Of a stretch of DNA of 64,000 bases, positions 39,117 through 49,261 are shown piece by piece; position 1 is the first letter of the stretch; each line of letters begins with the position of its first letter. Both the position numbers and the translations under genes were made by a program. The stretch spans positions 2,400,001-2,464,000 of the forward strand of contig CAVUDW010000003.1 in assembly GCA_963740355.1 (NCBI GenBank), in the 5' to 3' direction. The notes under the pieces are model-generated. The model was not told the origin of the DNA, did no database searches, and saw only the letters and a list, made by a program, of their open reading frames with translations. Source of the stretch: an uncultured Gemmatimonadaceae bacterium (lineage in GTDB: Bacteria > Gemmatimonadota > Gemmatimonadetes > Gemmatimonadales > Gemmatimonadaceae).

Positions 39117-42100
39117 TCAGTCACCCATGACTGGCTGCGGCATCACGGCGCCCTTCGGCACCGCGTGTTCCGCCGTCTGCGGCGTGCTGAACCCGAGTCG
39201 TGCGCCGAACCAGGCGCGCATGCCATCGAGGATCTCGTAGATCGTCGGCACCACGATCAACGTCAGGATCGTCGACGTGATCACACCACCGATGACTGCC
39301 GTGCCCAGTGGCTTGCGGAAGTCGGCGCCTTCACCCGTGCCGAGGGCGATCGGCAACATGCCCGCCACCAGCGCGAACGTCGTCATCAGGATCGGACGAA
39401 GACGAATCGCACCAGCTTCGATCAGCGCCGTGCGCAATGACACGCCTGCTTCTTCGCGCTGCCACTTGGCGAAGTCGATCAGCAGGATCGCGTTTTTCGC
39501 CACGATACCGGCCAGCAGGATCACGCCGATCAGCGACATCAGGTTGATCGTCGTGTTCGTCAATGCCAGCGCGCCGAACACACCAACCAGCGACAGCGGC
39601 AGCGAGATCAGGATCGCGATCGGATCGAGGAAGCTGCCGAACTGGATCACGAGGATCATGTACATCAACACGATCGCAATACCGAGCGCCGAGAGGATCG
39701 ACCCGAAGACCTTGTTCTGGTTCTCCGTGTCACCACCCTGGCTGAGCGAGACGCCAGGTGGCATCGGCTCCGACGCCATGATCTTGTTGATGTCGGCCAG
39801 CACATCGGAGTTCGGTCGACCAGCCACGTTCGCCTGCACCGTCACCAGCTTGTCGCGGTTGAGGTGGTTGATGATCGCCGGGCCGAGGCCCTGCTCCACC
39901 GTGGCCACCTGTCCCAACGGCAGCGTGCTCGACGGACCACCGTTCTTGCCAGGAATCACCAGTGGCAAGCGCGTCAGGTCGATCAGGCGTTCACGCGATT
40001 CCGGCGTGAAGCGCACCCGTACCTTGCGCGTCTCGCCCATCGGATCGACCCAGTCCCCTGCTTCCACACCTGCGAAGGCCGGCCGCAGCGACTGCGCGAC
40101 TGAACCCACGGTGACGCCGAGCGAGCTCGCCAGACCACGGTCGACCTGCACCGTCAGTTCCGGCTTCTGGCCCTTCGTGCTCAGGTCCACGTCCACGGCA
40201 CCCTTCACGGCCTTGATCTTCGGCAGGAGCTTTTCAGCATACGCCTGCAGCGACCGTGCATCGTCGCCGCGCAGCTGCAACTGGATCTGCTTCTGGTCGC
40301 CGTTGAAGTCGTTCGTGTACACACTCGCCACCGCGCCGCCGATCAGCGCCATGTCAACGCGCAGCTTCTCCGCCAGGCCGTCCGCCGAGAGCTGTCCCTT
40401 GCCCTTGCGTTCGCCCTTCGGATGCAGCTTCACGTACACATTGCCCGCGTCCACCGCGCCGCTGGCGCCACCAATCGTGGCGAACGTGAACACGACCTCC
40501 GGATACCGGCGCGCAATACGCTCGGCCTCGAGCACCTTCAGGCGCATGTAGTCCAGGTTCGAGCCCGGCGGCGTCTCAACCTTCACGTTCAACTCGGCGT
40601 TGTCCTCGCTCGGGAAGAAGCTGACGCCCACCTTGCCGAAGTCGAGCAGGGCGTTCGCCTTCTCGGTGCCCATCGCCGACTTCGCGATGTTCGGAACCAT
40701 CGGAATGCTGGCGATCGCCAGCAGCAGGAAGACCACACCGAGTGCAATACGAACACCACCCGACAGTGCCTTTCGGGTATCGAACCAGACACCGACCAGG
40801 ATCAAGCCCATCGCAATCGAGAAGCCGATGAAGCCGGACAGCGGCAGCGAGAAGGCAGCGAAGAACACGCCGACCGCGAGGATCATCATCGCCACACGGT
40901 GATCGAGCGCCCACGAGATCACGCCGCGGTACTTCTCGATCTGGTGATTGAACCAATGGTTGAACTTGTCCAGCCACTTGGTGATGAACCACTTCTTGTC
41001 TTCCGGCTGATGCGGATCAGGCCAGTAGGCCGACAACATCGGGTCGAGCGAGAAGCTGACGAAGAGCGACACCAGCACCGAGCAGGCGATGGTCAGGGCC
41101 AACGGCTTGAACCATTGTCCCGCTTCTGCCTCGAGGAACGCGATCGGCACGAACACCGCCACGATCGAGAACGTCGTCGCAGCCACGGCGAGGCCGATTT
41201 CGGCGGTGCCGTCCATGGCCGCTTGCATGTGGTCTTTGCCCATCTCCACATGTCTCACGATGTTCTCTCGAACCACGATTGCATCGTCGATCAGGATACC
41301 GATCGCCAACGACAACCCCAGCAGCGACATCGTGTTGAGGGTGAAGCCGAACGCATACACCGCCACGAAGCTCGCCACCACCGACACCGGCAGTGCCAGG
41401 CCCGTGATCACGGTGGAGCGCCATGAGTTCAGGAACAGGAACACCACCAGCACCGTCAACAGCGCGCCTTCGATCAGCGTGCCGCGCACGTTCGCCACGC
41501 TGGCATCCACGCGCTTGCCCGAGTCCTTGATCACCTGGAGCATCACGCCTGGCGGCATCCGCTTCTGGATCCGCTCGATCGCCGCCACAACCTTGGTCGT
41601 GACTTCGGTGGTGCTGTAACCGGTGGACTTGTTGACCTGCAGACCGACTGCTTCGACACCGTCAAGCAACGACAACGTGCGCTGCTCCTCGGTACCGTCG
41701 CGTATGTCTGCCAACTGGCCCAGCCGCACCAGCTGACCGTTCCGCTGCGCCACCGCGATGTTGGCAAAATCCTGCGCGTCCTCTAGGCGACCCTTGAGAC
41801 GGATCGTCCGCTCGTCCAGCACACCCGTCAGGCTGCCGACTGGCACCGCCAGGTTCTGCTGCTGGAGCGCGGCGACCACTTCACCGACACTGATGTTGTT
41901 CGCCTGTAGCGCCATCGGCTTCAGCTCGACCATCATCTCGCGCTTCACACCACCCGTCACTTCCACCTTCGCCACGCCGGCAATCGCGCGCAGTTCGCGC
42001 GTGACACCCGGATCGGCGATCAGTGTCAGCTGCGGCGCCGTCAACTCCTTCGACGACATCGCGATCTGCACCACCGGTCGATCGGTGGGATTGAACTTCT

Positions 42101-42485
42101 GCAGGATCGGCTCCTTCATTTCGGCCGGCAGGTCGTTGCGCTTCAGGTTGATCGCATCGCGAATCTCCGTCGTCGCTTCCTGCATGTTCTTGCCGAACTT
42201 GAAGAACGTGATCACGGTCATGAAACCGTCACGCGCCTCACCCTGCACCTTGTCCACGCCGGAGATGCCGGTGATGGCCTCCTCGACGGGATCGAGCACT
42301 TCGCGCTCCACTTGGTCCGGACTTGCACCCGGATACACGATCGTCGTCAAGACGACGGGAGGCGCCACTTCCGGAAACTCGTCCGTCTGCAGCTTGCCGT
42401 AGGCGAACAAGCCGCTCACCACCAACACCAGCATCGCAACGATGGTGATGAGTGGGCGCTTGATCGCAAAATCCGAAATCCACAT
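39117..42485 (-). CDS. RND efflux permease (AcrB/MdtB family)
   Basis: GILIDDAIVVREN, GIVAKNAILLIDF, RLRPILMTT. Confidence 0.95.
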   Translation of the reverse strand: MWISDFAIKRPLITIVAMLVLVVSGLFAYGKLQTDEFPEVAPPVVLTTIVYPGASPDQVEREVLDPVEEAITGISGVDKVQGEARDGFMTVITFFKFGKNMQEATTEIRDAINLKRNDLPAEMKEPILQKFNPTDRPVVQIAMSSKELTAPQLTLIADPGVTRELRAIAGVAKVEVTGGVKREMMVELKPMALQANNISVGEVVAALQQQNLAVPVGSLTGVLDERTIRLKGRLEDAQDFANIAVAQRNGQLVRLGQLADIRDGTEEQRTLSLLDGVEAVGLQVNKSTGYSTTEVTTKVVAAIERIQKRMPPGVMLQVIKDSGKRVDASVANVRGTLIEGALLTVLVVFLFLNSWRSTVITGLALPVSVVASFVAVYAFGFTLNTMSLLGLSLAIGILIDDAIVVRENIVRHVEMGKDHMQAAMDGTAEIGLAVAATTFSIVAVFVPIAFLEAEAGQWFKPLALTIACSVLVSLFVSFSLDPMLSAYWPDPHQPEDKKWFITKWLDKFNHWFNHQIEKYRGVISWALDHRVAMMILAVGVFFAAFSLPLSGFIGFSIAMGLILVGVWFDTRKALSGGVRIALGVVFLLLAIASIPMVPNIAKSAMGTEKANALLDFGKVGVSFFPSEDNAELNVKVETPPGSNLDYMRLKVLEAERIARRYPEVVFTFATIGGASGAVDAGNVYVKLHPKGERKGKGQLSADGLAEKLRVDMALIGGAVASVYTNDFNGDQKQIQLQLRGDDARSLQAYAEKLLPKIKAVKGAVDVDLSTKGQKPELTVQVDRGLASSLGVTVGSVAQSLRPAFAGVEAGDWVDPMGETRKVRVRFTPESRERLIDLTRLPLVIPGKNGGPSSTLPLGQVATVEQGLGPAIINHLNRDKLVTVQANVAGRPNSDVLADINKIMASEPMPPGVSLSQGGDTENQNKVFGSILSALGIAIVLMYMILVIQFGSFLDPIAILISLPLSLVGVFGALALTNTTINLMSLIGVILLAGIVAKNAILLIDFAKWQREEAGVSLRTALIEAGAIRLRPILMTTFALVAGMLPIALGTGEGADFRKPLGTAVIGGVITSTILTLIVVPTIYEILDGMRAWFGARLGFSTPQTAEHAVPKGAVMPQPVMGD

Positions 42486-42491
42486 GTTGGC

Positions 42492-43700
42492 TTACCTCGT
42501 CCCCGTGGTGGGCTTGGCCGCGGCCGGAGCCCCACTGCGATCGTTGACCGACGAAATCCGAACCTGCTTTCCCTCACCAATCGCCTGCGCCGCACCAAGC
42601 AGCACCGTGTCGCCACGCTGCAGACCGCTCGTGATCTCGTAGTTCTCACGCTGGTCGTCGCGAATGCCCAGAGCCACCGTCACCCGCTCCACTCGCCCGG
42701 AACGCAGACGCATCACCGACGGCTTCGCACCACGCTGATCGATCGCCGTCGCCGGCAACACCAGCGCCGAGCGTGACTCGGCATTCACACGCCCTTCCGC
42801 GAACAGGCCGCCGACCAGTGTGCCTGCCGAGTTCGGGATCGACGCGAGGATCGAGACCTGACGCGTCGTCGGATCAGCCACTGGGCTCACCCGCGTCACC
42901 TTGCCCGTGAACTTGCGATCGCCATAGCCACTGACGGCGAACGCCACCGGCATGCCGATGCGGATCTCACCGATCTGCGCCGCCGGCACGGCAGCCTCGA
43001 GACGCATGCTCTTCGGATCCACCACCGTGAACAGCTCGGTGCCAGGCTGCACCACATCGCCTGCACTCACCACCTTGCCTGCCACGACACCTGCGAACGG
43101 CGCGCGCACGGTGGCGCTACGCAGCTGCTTGTTGGCCTGCGCGTATGCCGACTTCACATTCGCCAACTGCGCCATCTGGGTCGAATACGTCAGGCGCGCA
43201 TTCTCGAGGTCGCGATCGGCGATCGCACCTGCCGCATTCAGGCGCTCGGCGCGATCCAGTTCCTTCTTCGCCTGTGCCGCCTGAGCCTCGGATGCCGTGA
43301 CGCCTGTGCGAGCCGAAAGTTCGGCGGCGCTGGCGGTCGTGGCGTCGATCCGGGCCAGAGCGGTGCCGGCCGCAACGCGCTCGCCGGTCTCGACATAGAC
43401 CTGCACCACACTGCCGGACACTTCTGCGCGAACCGATGCGCTGCGCTCGGCCGTCAGCTCGCCGGAGATCGACGGGCCGCTGGCGATGCGCATGGTGTCG
43501 ACCAACGCCACGTTCTCAGGCGTGATCATGGTCGGAAGCTCGACCGTCTGTGCATTGGCCGCATCCTTCTTGCCGCAGGCGGCAAGCCCAAGGGTGCTGC
43601 CCGCGATCAGCAGGCCAAGCAGCAAGGGACGGCCGGCGTAGGTGCTGTTCTGCTGTGCGCGCGAGGCGCGAATCGAATTGTCTGTCATGGTATTTGGCAT
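42492..43700 (-). CDS. RND periplasmic adaptor (membrane fusion protein)
   Basis: Lipobox LAAC. AEVSG, VRAPFAGVV, SPVADPTTR. Confidence 0.92.
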   Translation of the reverse strand: MPNTMTDNSIRASRAQQNSTYAGRPLLLGLLIAGSTLGLAACGKKDAANAQTVELPTMITPENVALVDTMRIASGPSISGELTAERSASVRAEVSGSVVQVYVETGERVAAGTALARIDATTASAAELSARTGVTASEAQAAQAKKELDRAERLNAAGAIADRDLENARLTYSTQMAQLANVKSAYAQANKQLRSATVRAPFAGVVAGKVVSAGDVVQPGTELFTVVDPKSMRLEAAVPAAQIGEIRIGMPVAFAVSGYGDRKFTGKVTRVSPVADPTTRQVSILASIPNSAGTLVGGLFAEGRVNAESRSALVLPATAIDQRGAKPSVMRLRSGRVERVTVALGIRDDQRENYEITSGLQRGDTVLLGAAQAIGEGKQVRISSVNDRSGAPAAAKPTTGTR

Positions 43701-43705
43701 GTGAA

Positions 43706-45334
43706 TCACTCCGGCCGGCCGGTAGTGCCTGCGCTGCTGCTGCTGCTCGTCGTCGTGCTCGCCTGCTGTGTTGCGGCGCCGCCGGTGGACTGCGCACTGG
43801 CGCCGCCCGCTGCCGTTGCCGTACCGCCGCCCGAGCCGAGCGGCAGGTCGCGCAACAACGTGATCCGCAGTCGTGCGAGTTGCAGCGCCTTCGCTGCGCT
43901 GAGACGGTTGGCCTGCGACTGGATCAACAGATTCCGGATGTCGCTCAGTTCGAGCTGCGTCGAGATACCGTTGGTGTATCGTACTTCTGCGATGCGAAGC
44001 GCCTTGTCCGCCTGCTCCTCAGTGCCGATGCTGGCGAGCCAGTTGGCTTCCGCCTGCTCGAGGCTCTTCAGTGCCAGTTGCACATCGAGCGAGGCGGCCC
44101 GCTGCCCCTGATGCAACCGGGCTTCAGCGTCGGCGACGTTGGCACGCGCCACCATCTTGTCGCCGCTCAACTTCCCACTGGTCCAGATCGGAACCGAGAA
44201 GCCGAGTGCCACGGTCCACGCGGGATAAAAGTCCGCCAGGGAACGGGGTACGACGTTGCTGTTGGACGGATACGCGAACCGCTGATAGTTGCTCGTCAGG
44301 TTCAGCACCGGGACCTGCGCCAACTGCGCCTGACGCAGTGCGCCTTTCTGCACGACGAGCAACGCCGCCGCCTGCTGCACGGCGGCACGCGACTCCGGCG
44401 CGGTGTCGCGCGGGTTGATCTTGGGGAGTGTGCTCGGTCCACCGGTGGCAGACAGACCGCTGCCAGCGGACGGGCGCGTGTCGTTGTCGAGCGCCGATGT
44501 CGCCAGCACCCGATCCATGTCGGCATCCTGGATTGGCGTGGCGAGGTTGATCGTTTCGGTATACGGCAGGTTGAGCAGCTGCTTCAGCTGCAACGTTGCG
44601 ATGTCACGATTCTGCTGGGCCTGAATCAGCAGCGGACGCTGGGCATCCACCGCCACACGGGAACGCAGCAGGTCGTACTCCGCCACCGTGCCAACCTGGC
44701 GCTGCAACGTCGTCTGCCGTAGCGTGCGTTCGGTCTGCACCAGCGAGCTCTCGGCGATCTGCAGAAATTTCTCCGCGATCACGGCGTCGAAGTACGCAGA
44801 TGCGATATCGTAGCGCAGCTTGGCTCGCGCGGAACGCAGTCCGTACTTGTAGACATCTTCGTTCGCCTTCGCCACGCGATTCGCGAGCTGGAAGCGTCCG
44901 TCGAGGTAGATCGGCTGTGACGCCTGCAGGCCGAGCGTGATGGTGTTCGGCGATGCAAAGAGGACCGAGATCGGATTGAACGATTGCGTCGTCGTATCCG
45001 GCGGCGCATTCGGATCAGGTGCCTGCGCGAAGCGCTTCGTGATCGCGTTGAACTGGTTCTGGATGATGTGCGAGTAGTTCGCGCTGGCCGTCAGCTGCGG
45101 CAACACGGAGCCACGTGTCTGCAGGTATTGGCCGCGGGCGCGGGTGACCGCGTTCTGTGCAATGCGCACGTCGTCACTCGACGGTTCCGCGAGGCGGAAT
45201 GCGTCTTCCAGCGTGAGGGGACGTGCCGCAGCTGCCGATGCCTGCTGCGCCACCACACCCGTGGGCAGCATCGTGAACAAGAGCACCGACAGCGCGGCGT
45301 GACGGGCGACTCCCGCCAGAGCCGAATATTTCAC
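43706..45334 (-). CDS. TolC family outer-membrane efflux protein
   Basis: LTLEDAFRLA, AYFD, RYTNGISTQLEL. GTG start overlaps the TetR stop (GTGA). Confidence 0.9.
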   Translation of the reverse strand: MKYSALAGVARHAALSVLLFTMLPTGVVAQQASAAAARPLTLEDAFRLAEPSSDDVRIAQNAVTRARGQYLQTRGSVLPQLTASANYSHIIQNQFNAITKRFAQAPDPNAPPDTTTQSFNPISVLFASPNTITLGLQASQPIYLDGRFQLANRVAKANEDVYKYGLRSARAKLRYDIASAYFDAVIAEKFLQIAESSLVQTERTLRQTTLQRQVGTVAEYDLLRSRVAVDAQRPLLIQAQQNRDIATLQLKQLLNLPYTETINLATPIQDADMDRVLATSALDNDTRPSAGSGLSATGGPSTLPKINPRDTAPESRAAVQQAAALLVVQKGALRQAQLAQVPVLNLTSNYQRFAYPSNSNVVPRSLADFYPAWTVALGFSVPIWTSGKLSGDKMVARANVADAEARLHQGQRAASLDVQLALKSLEQAEANWLASIGTEEQADKALRIAEVRYTNGISTQLELSDIRNLLIQSQANRLSAAKALQLARLRITLLRDLPLGSGGGTATAAGGASAQSTGGAATQQASTTTSSSSSAGTTGRPE

Positions 45335-46005
45335 GAGAGACTCGTTGTTTGCGTTGAAGTTGCGCCGCCGGCCGAGGCCGACGTGGCGTGGACCGCAGGG
45401 GCCACACCAAGTGCGCGGAGAAACACCTGTACGTACCGACGGGCAGCCCGGGTTTCCGGGACCCACAGATCCACGTCGTCCTTCATCTCCCGGGCCATCG
45501 CGTCGCCCCAGAGGGCACCGGTGAGCATGGTCTGGGCGGCGGTCAGCAGCTCTTCATGATCGGGGTCGTCGAGCAGCTCTGCGCCAACCCATCCGTCGCG
45601 CACCAGCGCGCGGACGTATTCGTGCACTTCCCGATCGGCGCATCGGGCGGGCTCGAAGCCATTTCGCATTTCGTGAAAGCGCGCCTCGTTGGCCCCCATC
45701 GCCTTGCGCAGCAGTTCGCGGGAGCCCCGGATCTGCGTCAAAAACTGGCCGCACCAGCTGGTCAGTTCCTCGGCGGGATCGAGCGGCGTGGCGGGCAGCG
45801 GGGGATCGACAATTTTCAGGGCAGCGACCCGGCGGAAGAGCGCCTCGTCCATGAGGGCGGCCTTCGAACCAAAGTTGCGGAAGATCGTGACTTCATTGAC
45901 GCCGGCGATTTCAGCGACGCGACGGGTGGTCGCGCCCTGGAACCCCGATTCGGCGTAGGCCGTCATGGCGGCGGTAATGATTTTTTCGCGGACATCATTT
46001 GACAT
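45331..46005 (-). CDS. TetR/AcrR family regulator
   Basis: HTH GFQGATTRRVAEIAGVNEVTIFRNFGSK. Confidence 0.92.
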   Translation of the reverse strand: MSNDVREKIITAAMTAYAESGFQGATTRRVAEIAGVNEVTIFRNFGSKAALMDEALFRRVAALKIVDPPLPATPLDPAEELTSWCGQFLTQIRGSRELLRKAMGANEARFHEMRNGFEPARCADREVHEYVRALVRDGWVGAELLDDPDHEELLTAAQTMLTGALWGDAMAREMKDDVDLWVPETRAARRYVQVFLRALGVAPAVHATSASAGGATSTQTTSLS

Positions 46006-46012
46006 GACGCCC

Positions 46013-46053
46013 AGTATATGACCGCCCGGTCCTGTAAGCAAGTAGGTACTTGC
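46013..46053 (-). promoter_or_regulatory. Sigma70-type promoter with overlapping palindromic operator for the tetR-tolC-mfp-rnd operon
   Basis: Minus strand TTGCTT (46041-46036)-N17-TATACT (46018-46013). Palindrome GCAAGTA-gg-TACTTGC (46038-46053) overlaps the -35. Confidence 0.7.
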
Positions 46054-46142
46054 GTGCACAAGAGTCCGGCGTTGCCTGACGGTGACATTGCACCTACCGT
46101 ACTCATCATCAAATTTCGTAAAACAATGTCACTGAATGACTT

Positions 46143-46170
46143 AGGGCCACCAATCGAAATTGGTGGCCCT
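46143..46170 (-). terminator. Hairpin downstream of the M16 peptidase
   Basis: Perfect 12-bp stem AGGGCCACCAAT-cgaa-ATTGGTGGCCCT with a weak U-tract. Confidence 0.55.
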
Positions 46171-46202
46171 GTCAGACAGTGTCAGACAACCCCGCGTGAG
46201 AG

Positions 46203-48992
46203 TTATGGAGTCGGGGTCGCCGCCTTCTTCTTGGCGCCCGCGAAGTCACCGGCGCGCACCATCACGATCTGCTTCGGGTCGATCATGCGCCGCAGCGCCG
46301 CGTTCACATCGGCCACCGTGAGCTTCTTCACTCGGTCGGCCATCGCCTGGTCGTAGCCGGTGAACGTGCGATCGTAGGCGCGACGGATGGTCAGTGTGCC
46401 CACCAGTTCATCGTCGTTCGCCAGCTCCTGATCGCGCGCACCCAGCCACCCCTTCCGCGCGGCATCCAGTTCTTCCTGCGTCACGCCGTCACGCAGCAGG
46501 CGATCCAGCTCCTCACGGAATGCCACTTGGAGTCGGTCGATGTTCTGCGGCGCATAGATGGCGTACGACAGCAACGCACCGTTGCGACCCCACGGCGCCG
46601 CGTTGAGCTGCGAACCCACGCCGTAGCTCAAGCCATCGCGCTGCCGAATCCGATCCGCGAGGCGACTCTTGAGGAAACCACCACCCAGGATCTCGCTGCC
46701 GAGCTGCGCGGCGGCATAGGTCGAATCGCCATCGTTGATGTCGAGACGCTGCACCGCGAAGAAGATGGCATTCGCCTTGTCGGGCGTCTCGATCGACACC
46801 ATGCCGGAATCGCTGCGCACGTAGGTGTTCGGCATCCGGACCCAGGGATTCTTCGCCCGCCAATCGCCGAACAGCCGTGTCGCCAGCTGCGTCATCTCGG
46901 CGCCATCGATGTCACCGACCACCGTCAGGTCGCCATTCTGCGCCCCGTAGAAATCCGAGTGGAACGACTTCACGTCAGCCAGCGCGACACCCTTCGCGAG
47001 TGCAATCGCCTCATCCAGCGTCTCGGGCACATACTCCGGATGTCCCTTCGCACGGGGCGTCATCACACGCTGCATCGCCAGCACGGCCAACGCCTGCGGA
47101 TCACTGCGTCCCGCTTCGAGTTGCGCCAGCTGTTCGCTGCGCGCGGTCTCCAGCTCCGTTGAATCGAACGCGGGACGACGCAGCATCTCGGCCACCAGTT
47201 CCATCGTCGGCACGAGATTCTCGCGCTTCACCTGGATCGAGACCGACACCGACGCAGCGCCACCCGACGGACGCACGGTCGCCTTCAGCTTGTCCAGTGT
47301 GTCCTTCATCGCCTGACGCGAGCGAACCTGTGTGCCACGGCTGAGCAACGTCGCCGCCATTGCACCGGCGGTGGCACGATTCGTCAGCGACTGCTCCGTG
47401 CCCATGCGCAATGTCACGCGTGCGAAGACCACGCCACCGCGTGACTTCTTCGGCAGCATCGTGAGGCGCATGCCATTGGGCAGCGCAGCGCGAATGGTAC
47501 GTGCATCGATCACTGCCGGTGTGGCATTGAATGCTTCACCCTGCGCCACGGTCTGCGTACCGGTGTAGCCGCGTACCAGCGTCTCGATCACCGGACCTTC
47601 CGGGATTTCCGCGCGGTCCGGCTTCGGCGTCGGAATGAAGACACCAACAGTACGGTTGTCCCGCTTCAGGTACGCGCTTGCGACACGCTGCACATCGGCC
47701 GGCGTCACCGCCTTGAGGCGATCGCGCGAGATGTGGAGCAGCCGCCAGTCGCCGCTGGCCTGTGCTTCGGTGAGTGCATACCCAACCTGCTCAGAGTTGT
47801 CGAGCAGCTGCTCGACACCCTTGACCAGCTCGTTTTTCGCCCGCTCGACTTCTTCCGCAGTCGGCGTGGTAGTCACCGCGCCATCGATGGTGCGCAGCAT
47901 CACGGCGCGCGCGGTGTCGAGATTCTGCTCGGTGCGCAGGTCGGCCGACGCGAACAGCAAACCTGGCTCGCGCAGGTCGAAGGTGAATGACGACACGTCG
48001 CTCGCCAGCTTCGCCTCGACCAGCGCCTTGTACAACCGACCATTCGGGCGCGCGCCAAGAATCGTGGCCAACACCTGCAGCGGTGCGTTGTCCACGTGTG
48101 CCAGCGATGGAATGTGGTAGGCCACCATCGCCACCTGGTTGTCACCCACGCGCTTGAGCGTCACCGACCGCTCACCATCCTGCACCGGATCGCGGGTATA
48201 CGTGCTGTAGAGCAGGTTGCCGCGGTCGAGCGAACGCACCGGCTTCGGGATCCGTCCGAACCGTGCATTCACCTGGGCCAGCGTCTTGGCTTCATCGAAC
48301 TTGCCGGCGACGACCAGCACGGCGTTGTCCGGCTGGTAGTAACGACGGTAGAACGCCTGCAGTCGTTCGATCGGCACGTTCTCGATGTCCGCTCGCGCGC
48401 CGATGGTGCTGTGCGCGTAGTTGTGCCAGAGGAAGGCGGTGCTCATGATCCGCTCGCGCAGGATGCTGCCGGGATCATTCTCGCCCATCTCGAACTCGTT
48501 GCGCACCACGGTCATCTCGCTCTCGAGATCCTTCGCGGCCACGAACGAGTTCACCATCCGATCGGCCTCGAGATCGAGCGCCCAGGCGAGGTTTTCGTCG
48601 CCAGCCGGCACGGTCTCGAAATAGTTGGTGCGGTCGAGCCAGGTGGTGCCGTTCGGGCGCGCACCACGCTCGGTCAACTCCTTCGGGATGTCCTTGTGCT
48701 TCGGCGTCCCCTTGAAGAGCAGATGCTCCAGCAGGTGCGCCATGCCGGTCTCACCATACCCCTCGTGCCGCGACCCGACGAGGTAGGTGATGTTCACCGT
48801 CACGGTCGGCTTCGACGCATCGGGAAAGAGCAGGACGCGCAGCCCGTTCGCGAGCCGGTACTCCGTGATCCCTTCCACTGTTGCGCCCTTCACCGGCGCC
48901 ACAGGTGCGGCAACAGCTTTCGGCACCCGCTGGGCGCCCACTGGCGCGGCCAGCAGCGCCAGCATCAACAAAGTCGAACCACGAATCTTCAT
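46203..48992 (-). CDS. M16 family (pitrilysin/insulinase) zinc peptidase, secreted
   Basis: GMAHLLEH (HxxEH), NGTTWLDRTNYFE, two-lobed repeat architecture. Confidence 0.93.
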   Translation of the reverse strand: MKIRGSTLLMLALLAAPVGAQRVPKAVAAPVAPVKGATVEGITEYRLANGLRVLLFPDASKPTVTVNITYLVGSRHEGYGETGMAHLLEHLLFKGTPKHKDIPKELTERGARPNGTTWLDRTNYFETVPAGDENLAWALDLEADRMVNSFVAAKDLESEMTVVRNEFEMGENDPGSILRERIMSTAFLWHNYAHSTIGARADIENVPIERLQAFYRRYYQPDNAVLVVAGKFDEAKTLAQVNARFGRIPKPVRSLDRGNLLYSTYTRDPVQDGERSVTLKRVGDNQVAMVAYHIPSLAHVDNAPLQVLATILGARPNGRLYKALVEAKLASDVSSFTFDLREPGLLFASADLRTEQNLDTARAVMLRTIDGAVTTTPTAEEVERAKNELVKGVEQLLDNSEQVGYALTEAQASGDWRLLHISRDRLKAVTPADVQRVASAYLKRDNRTVGVFIPTPKPDRAEIPEGPVIETLVRGYTGTQTVAQGEAFNATPAVIDARTIRAALPNGMRLTMLPKKSRGGVVFARVTLRMGTEQSLTNRATAGAMAATLLSRGTQVRSRQAMKDTLDKLKATVRPSGGAASVSVSIQVKRENLVPTMELVAEMLRRPAFDSTELETARSEQLAQLEAGRSDPQALAVLAMQRVMTPRAKGHPEYVPETLDEAIALAKGVALADVKSFHSDFYGAQNGDLTVVGDIDGAEMTQLATRLFGDWRAKNPWVRMPNTYVRSDSGMVSIETPDKANAIFFAVQRLDINDGDSTYAAAQLGSEILGGGFLKSRLADRIRQRDGLSYGVGSQLNAAPWGRNGALLSYAIYAPQNIDRLQVAFREELDRLLRDGVTQEELDAARKGWLGARDQELANDDELVGTLTIRRAYDRTFTGYDQAMADRVKKLTVADVNAALRRMIDPKQIVMVRAGDFAGAKKKAATPTP

Positions 48993-49149
48993 GAGTGAAC
49001 CAAGGTGACGGGTCGCAAGGCAGTGACGTCGTGTGGAATATTACACGCGCCACCCGCCTCCGGGTTTCAACCCGCCACCATTCTCATTTCTCGTCGATCG
49101 ACCATGCGCGCCGCGACGCTGCGCTTTCGCCTGCCAGTCCACACGTCCT

Positions 49150-49260
49150 GACGCGGAGCCGCGGGGGACGCGGAGCCGCGGAGGAACTGCGGGGGAACTG
49201 CAACCACTCAACCGCCAATCGCAAAACGGCTCAGGGGTACGGCAACAGTCGCAAAACTGT
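49150..49260. repeat. Short T-poor repeat cluster related to the 54600 element
   Basis: GACGCGGAGCCGCGG x2, GGAACTGC x2, CGCAAAAC x2. Confidence 0.6.
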
Positions 49261-49261
49261 C

